This document shows, one piece after another, positions 9,279 to 18,604 of a stretch of 64,000 nt of DNA (position 1 is its first letter; each line of letters starts with the position of its first letter). Source of the stretch: Thermoplasmatota archaeon (GTDB lineage: Archaea; Thermoplasmatota; Penumbrarchaeia; Penumbrarchaeales; Penumbrarchaeaceae); contig JALOTP010000001.1 of assembly GCA_025457865.1 (NCBI GenBank), forward strand, positions 14,616 to 78,615, given 5' to 3'. A model generated the notes under the pieces. That model saw only the letters and a program-made list of their open reading frames with translations, was not told where the DNA came from and did no database searches. A program made the translations under genes and the position numbers.

Positions 9279-9584
9279 TTAGGTCCTTTGTGACCTGTTG
9301 TATCTAGGAGGCATCCCAAGGATAAGGTTATAATCCTCGATGAGGCTCTTTCGGCGGATCTCGACATCCTCATAGCTTCCCGATGAGAACGTCCTGTAAT
9401 ACCTTGCACCTTGGATGGGGAAGTTACCTTCCGGGAAATGCTGGGAGAGCATAGGTTGGAGAGGTCCTGCCCCCACATAAAGCACGTCGAGGTCGTTATC
9501 CAGCACCTCATAGAGGCCAAGCCCCTTCTCCTCTTCGACTATTATGTCCCTTTCGAAATCCTTGACGAGCTTCGATCCGACCAT
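9279..9584 (-). CDS. Small GIY-YIG-fold-like protein, probably catalytically degenerate
   Basis: 'GLYEVLDNDLDVLYVG' matches GIY-x-YIG; C-terminal 'PPRYN'; SD GAGGTG upstream of ATG 9584. Confidence 0.6.
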   Translation of the reverse strand: MVGSKLVKDFERDIIVEEEKGLGLYEVLDNDLDVLYVGAGPLQPMLSQHFPEGNFPIQGARYYRTFSSGSYEDVEIRRKSLIEDYNLILGMPPRYNRSQRT

Positions 9585-9726
9585 GTTCACACCTCAGACC
9601 TATCTGAGGAAAGAGCGGGTCAAGGGGGTTAATAAGCTAACATCAGAGGTCCCACGGACATCCCAAGACCTCGTTGTCCCCAAAATGGATACAGCCCCTC
9701 TTTGAGGACCGATCATAGGATGCCCA

Positions 9727-11484
9727 TCAATGTACCAGGAAGTGTTCCCTGACCGAAAGCAAAAGGTCCAGGTCCAGTTCGAACGCTGAAGCGGGGGAGG
9801 CAAGCTCCATCTCAGCTATAAGGGACGGATGGAGCTCTCCCATATGCCCCAACGGGATACCCTCCGTCCCGCTCAGCTCCGGGAAAGGACCATCGTACTT
9901 CTGACGTTTCCCGAGGACGTCCTTGTGGACCGTGATGCTCGCAGCCCTGCCCCGGATGTAGCATCCTAGGTCAGCAGGTGCCACATCAAATACGACCTGA
10001 AGGTCCTGAAGGAGCCTCTGGACCTTGCCCTTCACCTCGGTGAAAGAGGCCTTCGTATCGACAGATACCACCCCAAGGACCTTACGGTCCAGGTTCCCGA
10101 CCTGCACATCTGCGACCTCGAAAAGGTTCTGGGGCAGGTCCCTGTGCTTGTTGGACCTGAGGACCTGGAGTATGGAAGGAACGGCGGATACCCTCAGCAT
10201 CGTATGTTCGACAGATATGGGGTTCTGGACCTTTGGCAGTGTTCTTTCGGCCCTTCCCATCATCCTGAACTGCGCATCCTCGTTGGTGAGCGACAGGGTC
10301 ATGATCTCCAGGTAGCCCATGCCAATGAGCGATTCCCTTACCATCGAGGAAAGGGTCCGGATCGCCCTCTCCCTTCCGGTCGTCTGTACCCTGGAACCTA
10401 CGCCCTCGAACCTACCGTAGCCGTACCCTATGGCCACATCCTCGATGATATCGGTCTGGTGAAGGATATCGCCCCTCCATGGAGGCGACTGGCATCGGAG
10501 CAAGCTCCCTTCCGATACCATCCCTTCATATCCCATTCTGAACAATGCCTCGGAAGCCTCCTCAGGCGAGATGTCCTTTCCAAGCCATCTCCTTGTGAGC
10601 CCCAGGTCGAGCACCCTTTCTTTCCATCTGAAGTCCGGCCAGAGACCTCCGGAGAGCCCTAGGGCCTCCCACTCACTTCCCTTGGGACGAACGACCTTGA
10701 CCGAACGGAGCAAGCCCCCTCTTTCGAGGAGCTGGGAGCTTATGATATTGACGCATTGTGAAACGGCCCGGACATCGAGGCCTGTGCAATCGATGAAGAT
10801 GTTTTCCGTATCCTCGGTCACTTTGGTGAGCTCACCGTTGATTATAGGGGGAAACGACAGCACCTGGTCCTGGGAGTCCATGATGACCGGGTATCTGTCC
10901 AGGTTGTCAAGCACCCAGGCGTAGTCCTTTCCCTTCTCATGGTATCTGAGTATCCTCTCCAGGTCCCAATCACCTTGTTTCTGGAGGGGGACGAACTCCA
11001 CTTCCTTGGGGTGGACCGCCCTGTATCGGAAAGGAGGGACCAGCGGAGAGACATCATGGATGCCTATGGCCACCTTCTTCCTTTTCCTGCCTATGGTCAG
11101 GTGGAGCTTCTCCTGCAGGTTCATGATGGATATTAGGGCGTTCTGGTCCAGCTTCACGTTCTCGACCAGAGCACAACCTATGACCGGTCTTATCCCGATA
11201 AGACCTGGGTCCACATCCACGGTTATTTTCGAAGGCCCCTCCACTTTCATCCTTTCGAGCATTGGTGACCTATCGATGCCCGAGAAGCGTCTGTAGGCCC
11301 TTGCGATGCCCTCAACACAGAAGAGGTCGGGTCGGGAGGGGAAGAACTCTATGCCAACCTCCCTGCCCTCGACCTTTTCAACGCTGGCCCCGATCATGGG
11401 GACCTCTTCCTTGAACGCTTCCAGGTCGAAACCTGGTCCAGCGAGCGACTTGAGATCGTCGATATCCATGGTGATGACAGGCAA
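9727..11484 (-). CDS. pheT: Phenylalanine--tRNA ligase beta subunit
   Basis: 'RPDLFCVEGIARA', 'QEKLHLTIGRKRKKVAIGIHD', 'DIIEDVAIGYGY', 'QNPISVEHTMLR'; TTG start with GGTGA SD. Confidence 0.95.
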   Translation of the reverse strand: MPVITMDIDDLKSLAGPGFDLEAFKEEVPMIGASVEKVEGREVGIEFFPSRPDLFCVEGIARAYRRFSGIDRSPMLERMKVEGPSKITVDVDPGLIGIRPVIGCALVENVKLDQNALISIMNLQEKLHLTIGRKRKKVAIGIHDVSPLVPPFRYRAVHPKEVEFVPLQKQGDWDLERILRYHEKGKDYAWVLDNLDRYPVIMDSQDQVLSFPPIINGELTKVTEDTENIFIDCTGLDVRAVSQCVNIISSQLLERGGLLRSVKVVRPKGSEWEALGLSGGLWPDFRWKERVLDLGLTRRWLGKDISPEEASEALFRMGYEGMVSEGSLLRCQSPPWRGDILHQTDIIEDVAIGYGYGRFEGVGSRVQTTGRERAIRTLSSMVRESLIGMGYLEIMTLSLTNEDAQFRMMGRAERTLPKVQNPISVEHTMLRVSAVPSILQVLRSNKHRDLPQNLFEVADVQVGNLDRKVLGVVSVDTKASFTEVKGKVQRLLQDLQVVFDVAPADLGCYIRGRAASITVHKDVLGKRQKYDGPFPELSGTEGIPLGHMGELHPSLIAEMELASPASAFELDLDLLLSVREHFLVH

Positions 11485-11584
11485 TGGCTCACCTGGGCAT
11501 CGGAGAGGATACCGTCGTTATTAACCTTTTTTGGGGGGCAATATTTATATCCGATCCCGCTCTCGAAGTGGCGGTGTTCCAGAT

Positions 11585-11812
11585 ATGACCGACCTAATCA
11601 CCAAGAAAATGGGGATCATGGAAACGATACAGAAGTACCCTCAGACCCTGGGCGTCTTCATCGAGCACGGGATGGGCTGTATCGGGTGCGCTATGGCGCA
11701 TTACGAGAACATCGAGGAAGGGGCAACGGCCCACGGTATGGATGTGGAGGCCTTGATGAGAGCCCTCAACGATGTGGCCAGTGAACAGAAGGGGAAGAAA
11801 GCTAGCCACTGA
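11585..11812 (+). CDS. DUF1858 (hybrid-cluster-protein-associated redox disulfide) domain protein
   Basis: 'GMGCIGCAMAHYENIEEGATAHGMDVEALMRALN'. Confidence 0.85.
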   Translation: MTDLITKKMGIMETIQKYPQTLGVFIEHGMGCIGCAMAHYENIEEGATAHGMDVEALMRALNDVASEQKGKKASH

Positions 11813-11832
11813 CGGCCGAGAGCTTGTTCCTT

Positions 11833-11847
11833 CAGAAGGTTAATATA
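11833..11847 (+). promoter_or_regulatory. BRE/TATA promoter of the ribosomal superoperon
   Basis: CAGAAGG-TTAATATA about 220 nt upstream of the rpl3 ATG. Confidence 0.6.
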
Positions 11848-11867
11848 CCCCATCCGGTATGGGCGGT

Positions 11868-12065
11868 CGCCATACGCTGGCAGAGGCCCTCCGGCCAATC
11901 GAACAAGGGCAACCCGAAAGGACCCTGCTTCGGGGGAACAAGCGTTCATACGCATTCTGTCCCCCAACATCGTAACGGCCGGATTGGCGAAGGAGCGTTC
12001 ACCATGACGGAACTCTCTGTCCTGGTAGCATCCGCTCCGTTGCATGACGTACTTGGAGGAATAAG
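11868..12065 (+). promoter_or_regulatory. Long structured 5' leader of rpl3, candidate ribosomal-protein leader
   Basis: Several helices, GAAA/GCAA/UUCG tetraloops and mutually exclusive pairings (see findings). Confidence 0.5.
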
Positions 12066-13061
12066 ATGGGCAAGACAAGCAAGCCAAGGAGAGGTTCATT
12101 GGCCTATAACCCTAGGAAGAGGGCCAAGAGGGAGACCCCTATCCTCAAGCACTGGCCCGAAGGGGATGGCGAACCGAAATTGCAGGGCTTCGCAGGCTAC
12201 AAAGCGGGAATGACTCACCTATTCGTCATAGACGGCAGCGCATTCTCGACCACATCTGGGCAGGAGATAGTCGTCCCTGCCACCGTGGTGGAAGTACCAC
12301 CGCTGAAGGTTGTGGGCATAAGGCTCTACTCCGAAGGTCCATATGGGTTGACCGTTCTGAAGGAGATATGGACGGAGAAGTATGACAAGGAGCTTCACAG
12401 GAGGGTCACCCTACCGGAAAAGATGGAAAAGCCCGATATCAAGGCCTTCAAGACATTGGACCCAGACGAGGTCCGTGTCATAGTCCATACACAACCCTAT
12501 ACCATGTCAGGTGTCCCTAAGAAATCGCCCGAGGTCATGGAGATACGTGTTGGCGGCGGTTCGGTCGTCAAGAGGAGGGACTATGCACTTTCGCTCCTGG
12601 GCAAGGAGATAAACTTCAACGATTTCCAGGCCGAGGGGGCCATGGTCGATGTCATAGCCATTACCAAGGGAAAGGGTTTCCAGGGCAGGGTCAAAAGGTT
12701 CGGACTGAAGCTTCTGACCCACAAGAACTCCAAGCACAGGAGGATGATAGGGACCCAGGGACCCTGGCATCCGAGCTGGATCATGCCCCAGATTCCCAAT
12801 TCCGGTCAGATGGGCTATCAAAAGAGGACGGAGTACAACAAACAGGTCCTGAAGATCAGCAAGGACCCGGCCGAGATCAACCCCAAAGGCGGGTTCGTCA
12901 ACTACGGACAGGTCAAGGGCAGTTACGTCCTGATCCACGGTTCCATACCTGGAGTGACCAAGAGGCTCATAAGGTTCAGGGACCCGGTAAGAAAACCGTC
13001 AAAGGATTCCAATATCCACGAAGTGACATACGTCAGCACTTCGTCAAAGCAGGGTAGGTGA
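12066..13061 (+). CDS. rpl3: 50S ribosomal protein uL3
   Basis: 'PRRGSLAYNPRKRA', 'GFAGYKAGMTH', 'DVIAITKGKGFQG'. Confidence 0.98.
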   Translation: MGKTSKPRRGSLAYNPRKRAKRETPILKHWPEGDGEPKLQGFAGYKAGMTHLFVIDGSAFSTTSGQEIVVPATVVEVPPLKVVGIRLYSEGPYGLTVLKEIWTEKYDKELHRRVTLPEKMEKPDIKAFKTLDPDEVRVIVHTQPYTMSGVPKKSPEVMEIRVGGGSVVKRRDYALSLLGKEINFNDFQAEGAMVDVIAITKGKGFQGRVKRFGLKLLTHKNSKHRRMIGTQGPWHPSWIMPQIPNSGQMGYQKRTEYNKQVLKISKDPAEINPKGGFVNYGQVKGSYVLIHGSIPGVTKRLIRFRDPVRKPSKDSNIHEVTYVSTSSKQGR

Positions 13062-13072
13062 GGTGGTAGGAG

Positions 13073-13885
13073 ATGGTCGAGAAGAAGCAACCAGTAAAAC
13101 GAGCGAAGAAGACCGAGCAGGCATCTTCGAACGTTAACGTCTACGGCACCGACGGGAGCGTGAAGGGACATGTCGGACTTCCGGTGGTCTTCTCCACGCC
13201 TTACAGGCCTGACCTGATAAGGAGAGCGGTCCTGACCGCTCGGGCCAATAGAAGACAGCGCTATGGCCCTTCCAAGGTGGCAGGGTTGAGGCATTCGGTC
13301 TCAACATGGGGCAAGGGCAGGGGGGTCTCAAGGGTCCAGAGGATGGTTGGGTCCAAGACCGCAGCCGAATCCCCCAACAATGTCGGTGGCAGGAGGGCGC
13401 ATCCTCCCAGGGTCGAGCATTATTTCACACAGAAGATGAACAAGAAGGAGAGGTCCATGGCCAAGGCTTCCGCCCTTGCCGCGACCTCCGACCATTCAAA
13501 GGTCATGGGAAGGGGTCACAAGTTGAAGGAAGGGATAACCCTCCCGGTCGTGGTCGAGGACGATATTGAAGCATATTCCAGAACAGGGGATATTGTCACC
13601 CTGCTCAGGTCCCTGGGGCTCGAAGCCGATATCCAGAGGGCAAAGGAGGGTACCCATATCCGGGCTGGAAGGGGCAAGATGAGGGGTAGGAAGTACAGGA
13701 CCCCCCGCTCGGTCCTCTTCGTGGCCTCGCCGGGGTCCCCCATTCTTATCGGTGCTAGGAACATCCCAGGGGTGTCCACTGCGACACCGAAGGGATTGAA
13801 CACCGAAGCATTGGCACCTGGGGGCGACCCCGGGAGGCTCATGGTCCTATCGAAGAAGGCCCTGGCAACTTTGGGAGGTGAGTAG
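13073..13885 (+). CDS. rpl4: 50S ribosomal protein uL4
   Basis: 'RPDLIRRAV', 'WGKGRGVSRV', 'RAGRGKMRGRKY', 'LAPGGDPGRL'. Confidence 0.98.
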   Translation: MVEKKQPVKRAKKTEQASSNVNVYGTDGSVKGHVGLPVVFSTPYRPDLIRRAVLTARANRRQRYGPSKVAGLRHSVSTWGKGRGVSRVQRMVGSKTAAESPNNVGGRRAHPPRVEHYFTQKMNKKERSMAKASALAATSDHSKVMGRGHKLKEGITLPVVVEDDIEAYSRTGDIVTLLRSLGLEADIQRAKEGTHIRAGRGKMRGRKYRTPRSVLFVASPGSPILIGARNIPGVSTATPKGLNTEALAPGGDPGRLMVLSKKALATLGGE

Positions 13886-13886
13886 G

Positions 13887-14201
13887 ATGGTAGGGATCTC
13901 ACCCTATGATATCCTCATGCATCCCCTAGTGACGGAGAAGGCCTTGAACCTAATGGAGAAGAAGGTCGTCAGGGAGAAGACAAAGAAGAGACCTGAGATA
14001 GCCATAGAAAACAACTCGCTGATCTTCATCGTTCGGGAGAGCGCGACCCGGACACAGGTGAAGAGGGCCTTCGAGGAGCTCTTCGAGGTCAAGGTCGAGA
14101 GCGTGAAGGTGTTGAACACCAAGGCCGGGAAACAGGCCATAATTAAGTTAGCACAGGGATTCAAGGCCGAGGACGTCGGCATGAGAATAGGAATATTCTA
14201 A
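13887..14201 (+). CDS. rpl23: 50S ribosomal protein uL23 (with basic internal insertion)
   Basis: 'HPLVTEKA', 'VKRAFEELFEVKVESV', 'AEDVGMRIGIF'; operon position. Confidence 0.95.
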   Translation: MVGISPYDILMHPLVTEKALNLMEKKVVREKTKKRPEIAIENNSLIFIVRESATRTQVKRAFEELFEVKVESVKVLNTKAGKQAIIKLAQGFKAEDVGMRIGIF

Positions 14202-14213
14202 AGGGGTGTGAAC

Positions 14214-14915
14214 ATGGGAAAGCGTATTGTCACACGAAGAAGGGGAAAGGGGACGAGCGTTTACACGTCCCCGAGCCACAGACATCTGGCCCCGGCAGAG
14301 CTACCAAAGCTCAGATCAGGTAGGGGCAGGGTCCTGGACCTCATGCACGATCCCGGCCACTCGGCGCCTATGGCAAGACTCCTATGGGACGATGGCAGGG
14401 TACGTTATATGCTGGCCCCCGAGGGCCTCAAGGTGGGTCAGGAGGTCCTTATGGGGTCCGACGCGCCGCTCTCGAACGGGAACATCCTGCCTCTGAGGGA
14501 GATCCCCGAGGGGACGCCTATCTACCATATCGAGGGCCTTCCGATGGACGGCGGTAAGTTCGTCAGGGCAGGTGGCGCTTCGGCAACCATTGTCTCTCGG
14601 GCCAAGGATGTCACTGTCCAGCTCCCATCGGGTTCCTTCAAGAACCTGAACGGCGAGTGCAGGGCGATAATCGGGATCGTTGCCGGTGGTGGAAGGACCG
14701 AGCAGCCATGGGGAAAGGCCGGAAGGAGGGTCAGGTCCCTCCGGAGCAAGGCTAGGATATACCCCAAGGTTTCCGGTGTGGCCATGAGCCCTGTGAACCA
14801 CCCTCACGGTGGCGGGAGCCATCAGCATGTTGGTAAGCCGAGCACGGTAGGAAGGAACACTCCCCCCGGCAGAAAGGTTGGGAGATTGAGCCCCAAGAAA
14901 AAGAAGAGGACCTGA
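14214..14915 (+). CDS. rpl2: 50S ribosomal protein uL2
   Basis: 'HDPGHSAP', 'GVAMSPVNHPHGGG', 'PPGRKVG'. Confidence 0.98.
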   Translation: MGKRIVTRRRGKGTSVYTSPSHRHLAPAELPKLRSGRGRVLDLMHDPGHSAPMARLLWDDGRVRYMLAPEGLKVGQEVLMGSDAPLSNGNILPLREIPEGTPIYHIEGLPMDGGKFVRAGGASATIVSRAKDVTVQLPSGSFKNLNGECRAIIGIVAGGGRTEQPWGKAGRRVRSLRSKARIYPKVSGVAMSPVNHPHGGGSHQHVGKPSTVGRNTPPGRKVGRLSPKKKKRT

Positions 14916-14924
14916 GGTGATGAT

Positions 14925-15380
14925 ATGACAAGGGGAAAGACCACACCAAAGGCGGCAAGAAGGAAGTCAAGGAAGCTCAAGGGCCGCATACTAGCAAAGA
15001 AGAAGAAGGAGTTCCTCTACAGGGGGAAGACCATAGAGGAGATGCAGAACCTGTCCCTCGAGGAGGTAATGGAGATCCTCCCTGCAAGGGCAAGGCGTTC
15101 CCTCCGGAGGGGAATGGTGATGAAGAACAAGAAGTTCTTCAAGCACGTAACCGACGGAGACCAGGTCATAAGGACGCATTCCAGGGAGCTCGTCATACTC
15201 CCGAGCATGGTGAACAGGAAGCTTTCCATCTATGATGGAAAGGCCTTCCAGGAGGTCATGGTCACCTCGGAGATGATAGGCCATCTTACCGGAGAGTTCG
15301 TCCAGACCAGGAAAGTGGTCAAGCACACCGGTGTTGGTGTGGGTGCGACCAGGTCGTCCAAGTACATGCCGTTGAAGTGA
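14925..15380 (+). CDS. rps19: 30S ribosomal protein uS19
   Basis: 'EFLYRGKT', 'IRTHSRELVILP', 'EMIGHLTGEF', 'GVGATRSSKYMPLK'. Confidence 0.97.
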   Translation: MTRGKTTPKAARRKSRKLKGRILAKKKKEFLYRGKTIEEMQNLSLEEVMEILPARARRSLRRGMVMKNKKFFKHVTDGDQVIRTHSRELVILPSMVNRKLSIYDGKAFQEVMVTSEMIGHLTGEFVQTRKVVKHTGVGVGATRSSKYMPLK

Positions 15381-15394
15381 TAGGAGGTATTGAA

Positions 15395-15859
15395 ATGAGA
15401 TATTCGGTTGAATCGGACCCGGAGTCCATGGCAAGGGCACAGGCCATAGAGCTCAACGTCTCCCCAAAGCATTCCATAGAGATATGCAGGGAGCTGAGGG
15501 GGATGGAGCTCAAGATGGCCAAACAATACCTCGAGGACGTCATCGATCTCAAGAGACCCGTCCCTTTCAAGAGGTTCAAGAGGTGCGTCAGTCACAGGAA
15601 GGGGAAGGGCTTTGGCCCTGGAAGGTACCCGCAAAAAGCGGCCAAGTCCATACTCAAACTGCTCAATGATTGCGAATCCAATGCAGAGTACAGCGGTATG
15701 AACACCGATGCGCTTTGGATCAGGCACCTTAGAGCCCACAGAGGCCGTATAAATCGAGGATCTATGCCCCGGGCCCACGGCAGGGCGACGGATTGGGACC
15801 ATTACACGGTGAACATAGAGATCATACTGGAAGAGAGGGAGGGAAAGAATGGCCAGTGA
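15395..15859 (+). CDS. rpl22: 50S ribosomal protein uL22
   Basis: 'VSPKHSIEICR', 'GRYPQKAA', 'PRAHGRAT'; SD GGAGG before ATG 15395. Confidence 0.97.
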   Translation: MRYSVESDPESMARAQAIELNVSPKHSIEICRELRGMELKMAKQYLEDVIDLKRPVPFKRFKRCVSHRKGKGFGPGRYPQKAAKSILKLLNDCESNAEYSGMNTDALWIRHLRAHRGRINRGSMPRAHGRATDWDHYTVNIEIILEEREGKNGQ

Positions 15860-16769
15860 AAGGAAGTTCGTTGCCGAGAACATAAGGCGTGTCCTCCTGA
15901 AGGAATACTTCATGAAGGAGACCGAGACGGCCGGGTTCGGAGGTATCGATATCCAGAGGACCCCTATGGGGACCAGGGTCACGCTCATAGTAGAGAGGCC
16001 CGGGATGGTCATAGGCAGGAAAGGGACCAAGATCAAGGACCTGACAAGGACAGTTTCCGAGGTCTATGGTTTCGATAACCCACAGATAGAGGTCCAAGAA
16101 TGCAAGGATGCCTCCACCAACCCTCAGATCATGGCCCAGAAGCTCGCCCTGGCCTTGGAAAGGGGGTGGCACTTCAGGAGGGCTGGTCACTCCACCCTTC
16201 GCAGGATCATAGATGCGAACGTAAAGGGTGCCCAGGTCAAGCTGGCCGGAAAGCTCTCCGGACAGAGGCACCGGACCGAGAAGTTCAAGTGGGGTCATAT
16301 CAAGTTCTGCGGCGAGCCAGCCATCATCTCCATGGAACGGGGCTTCGCCGTCTGCAAGAAGAAGCTGGGCGTCATAGGGGTATCCGTCGATATCATGAGA
16401 CGCGATGCTCATCTGCCGGACGAGATCATCTACAGGGAAATGCCCGATCTGGGAGATGTCGCTAAGATCGAAGGGGAACTACCTTCTGAACTGACCTCTG
16501 AGGTAGTGGTGGTACAGAACGGCTCGATCCAGTCAGCAGAGGTCGTTACGGACGCTCCCGAGGGCCAGGGGCTAACGGACGATGACCCTAAGCACAGGTC
16601 AAAGAGGAAGCAGAAGCGTGATGAGAGAAGGAAGACGACGGAAGACCTAGTAGAGGACGGTCAGGAACCCTCGTCCGACGGTCCTAGACCTGACGATGGA
16701 ACCAAAGGCGCGGATGATGCGATAACTGACAGCGGGTCACCGACACCCGAGGCCAAAGGGGGTGAGTGA
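15849..16769 (+). CDS. rps3: 30S ribosomal protein uS3 with long C-terminal extension
   Basis: KH domain 'RPGMVIGRKG', 'RGWHFRRAGH', 'KKLGVIGVSV'. Confidence 0.97.
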   Translation: MASERKFVAENIRRVLLKEYFMKETETAGFGGIDIQRTPMGTRVTLIVERPGMVIGRKGTKIKDLTRTVSEVYGFDNPQIEVQECKDASTNPQIMAQKLALALERGWHFRRAGHSTLRRIIDANVKGAQVKLAGKLSGQRHRTEKFKWGHIKFCGEPAIISMERGFAVCKKKLGVIGVSVDIMRRDAHLPDEIIYREMPDLGDVAKIEGELPSELTSEVVVVQNGSIQSAEVVTDAPEGQGLTDDDPKHRSKRKQKRDERRKTTEDLVEDGQEPSSDGPRPDDGTKGADDAITDSGSPTPEAKGGE

Positions 16770-16975
16770 AGGTGGCATTGCTCAGGATGCCCGAGATCAG
16801 GGGAATGGGTCCGGACGACCGCTCATCCAAATTGAAAGAGCTTCGTGACGAGCTCATGAGAGAGAGAGGGGTGGCCGCCATGGGCGGTGCACCGCCTAGC
16901 CCTGGAAGGATCAGGTCCCTCAGGACGAATATTGCAAGGATTCTCACGGTCATGAGGGAGGAGGGAGAGGCTTAA
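16766..16975 (+). CDS. rpl29: 50S ribosomal protein uL29
   Basis: '[12 protein letters not shown]', '[16 protein letters not shown]'. Confidence 0.95.
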   Translation: MKVALLRMPEIRGMGPDDRSSKLKELRDELMRERGVAAMGGAPPSPGRIRSLRTNIARILTVMREEGEA

Positions 16976-17274
16976 TGGCAGAGATCTGCAGCGTCTGTGG
17001 ACTACCGAAGGAACTGTGCGTCTGTGAGGACATAGCCCGGGAACAGCAGGAGATAAAGATCACCACGGCCAAGAGACGATACGGAAAGATGGTGACGATA
17101 ATCGAGGGCATAGATCCCACCGACATAGACCTGGAAGAGCTTGCACGGTTCCTTAAGAACAGGTGCGCGGCAGGTGGAACGGTCAAGGATGGTATAATAG
17201 AGCTCCAGGGAGACCACAAGAAGAAGTGCTTAGAGGCTCTCAAGGAGAAGGGGTACACGAACATAAACGAGTGA
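16975..17274 (+). CDS. sui1: Translation initiation factor aIF1/SUI1
   Basis: '[14 protein letters not shown]', 'CAAGGTVK...IELQGDH'. Confidence 0.95.
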   Translation: MAEICSVCGLPKELCVCEDIAREQQEIKITTAKRRYGKMVTIIEGIDPTDIDLEELARFLKNRCAAGGTVKDGIIELQGDHKKKCLEALKEKGYTNINE

Positions 17275-17277
17275 GAT

Positions 17278-17646
17278 ATGATGAGGAAAGGCCAGCTGGA
17301 CCCTGGCAGGAACCTGCTGATGATGGAGCTCATCGGGTCCCTAGTCCGGGTCGACGAACACCCTGATACGACGTTAAGAGGTCTGGAAGGAACGGTAATG
17401 GACGAGACCAGGAACATGCTGATGATCGCCAACGGCCCGAGGAGGCGATGGGTCCAGAAGAAGGATGGACACTTCTCTTTCCGCATGGCCGGACAAGGCA
17501 ACGATGCATGGACCAAGGTCGAGGGCGGCAATATGCTGTTCCGTCCCGAGGATAGAACCAGGAAGTGCGAACGGATGATAACGGTCAATGGAAGGGCAAA
17601 GCTGAGCGAGAAAGACGGAAAGCAAGATGATTACAAGGATGGATGA
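17278..17646 (+). CDS. rnp1: Ribonuclease P protein component 1 (Rpp29/Pop4)
   Basis: 'ELIGSLVRV', 'GLEGTVMDETRNML', 'RPEDR'; canonical position. Confidence 0.9.
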   Translation: MMRKGQLDPGRNLLMMELIGSLVRVDEHPDTTLRGLEGTVMDETRNMLMIANGPRRRWVQKKDGHFSFRMAGQGNDAWTKVEGGNMLFRPEDRTRKCERMITVNGRAKLSEKDGKQDDYKDG

Positions 17647-17656
17647 GGTGGTCCAG

Positions 17657-18193
17657 ATGGTCGATGATAAGAAGGCGGAAGCGAACCAGGAGAGCAGGGA
17701 GCGAAAACAACCCTCGACCTCCGCGGCAAAGAAGATCACGAAGAAGACGGAGAGCGCAGCCGAGATAGAGACGGTCCAGATGAAGAAGGCGATCCCGCTG
17801 AGGAAGCCCGAACCGGAGACCGAGACGAAGAAGGGTGCGACCGTCATCAGGGTGAAGAAGGTCAAGAAGGTCGAAGCCAGGGATGTTGGTATAGATATCG
17901 CCCAACCTGTCAGGTCATGCAATGACAAGTTCTGCCCCTACCACGGGAAGCTCTCCGTCCGGGGTATCCAACTGGATGTCCAATTGGTATCTAAGAAGAT
18001 GCAGAACACGGCAGTGGTGAAGCGGGAGAAGCTCCATTACATCCAGAAGTACCAGCGGTTCGAGAAGAGGACCACGAGGATGTTCGCTCATCTACCCCCA
18101 TGCTTGGACGTTAATGTGGGGGATATGGTCAGGATAATGGAATGCAGACCTCTATCGAAGGGCACATACATGGTAGTACTGGGGAGGTTATGA
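17657..18193 (+). CDS. rps17: 30S ribosomal protein uS17 with ~73-aa N-terminal extension
   Basis: Core 'RDVGIDI...[16 protein letters not shown]...HLPPC...ECRPLSK'; SD GAGGTG overlapping the rnp1 stop precedes ATG 17657. Confidence 0.95.
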   Translation: MVDDKKAEANQESRERKQPSTSAAKKITKKTESAAEIETVQMKKAIPLRKPEPETETKKGATVIRVKKVKKVEARDVGIDIAQPVRSCNDKFCPYHGKLSVRGIQLDVQLVSKKMQNTAVVKREKLHYIQKYQRFEKRTTRMFAHLPPCLDVNVGDMVRIMECRPLSKGTYMVVLGRL

Positions 18194-18194
18194 G

Positions 18195-18593
18195 ATGAAG
18201 GGGTTGGCCGGAAGGCAGACGAGGGGGCTTCTCGTAGGTGCGAGGATCGATTGTATCGACAACACCGGCGCCAAGGTGGTCCAGATAGTACAGGTCATGA
18301 AATATCACGGACGAAGGAAAAGGGTCCCATCGGCCGGAATAGGGGATATGATAATAGTCACGGTCAAGAAGGGTACTCCCGAACTTAGGAAACAGCTTTT
18401 CCCGGCCGTGATAGTCCGGCAGAGAAGGCCTTTCAGGAGACCGGACGGTACTATGGTATCGTTCGAGGACAATGCTGTGGTACTTGTCACCAAGACCGGG
18501 GAGACCAAGGGTTCGGATATCAAGGGACCCGTGGCAAGGGAGGCCGCAGAGAGGTATTCCAGGATAGCGGCGACGGCATCGGTCATAGTATAG
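18195..18593 (+). CDS. rpl14: 50S ribosomal protein uL14
   Basis: 'CIDNTGAK', 'FEDNAVV', '[12 protein letters not shown]'. Confidence 0.98.
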   Translation: MKGLAGRQTRGLLVGARIDCIDNTGAKVVQIVQVMKYHGRRKRVPSAGIGDMIIVTVKKGTPELRKQLFPAVIVRQRRPFRRPDGTMVSFEDNAVVLVTKTGETKGSDIKGPVAREAAERYSRIAATASVIV

Positions 18594-18604
18594 GGGTGTC
18601 AGAT

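Noticed and set aside
11822-11943. 9-bp inverted repeat GCTTGTTCC/GGAACAAGC
   Set aside because: The left arm lies upstream of the predicted TATA, so it would not be in the transcript unless there is read-through from the DUF1858 gene.
11813-12065. SRP RNA or RNase P RNA in the rpl3 upstream region
   Set aside because: Lacks the SRP helix-8 and RNase P CR-I (GAGGAAAGUCC) consensus and is too short; treated as a leader instead.
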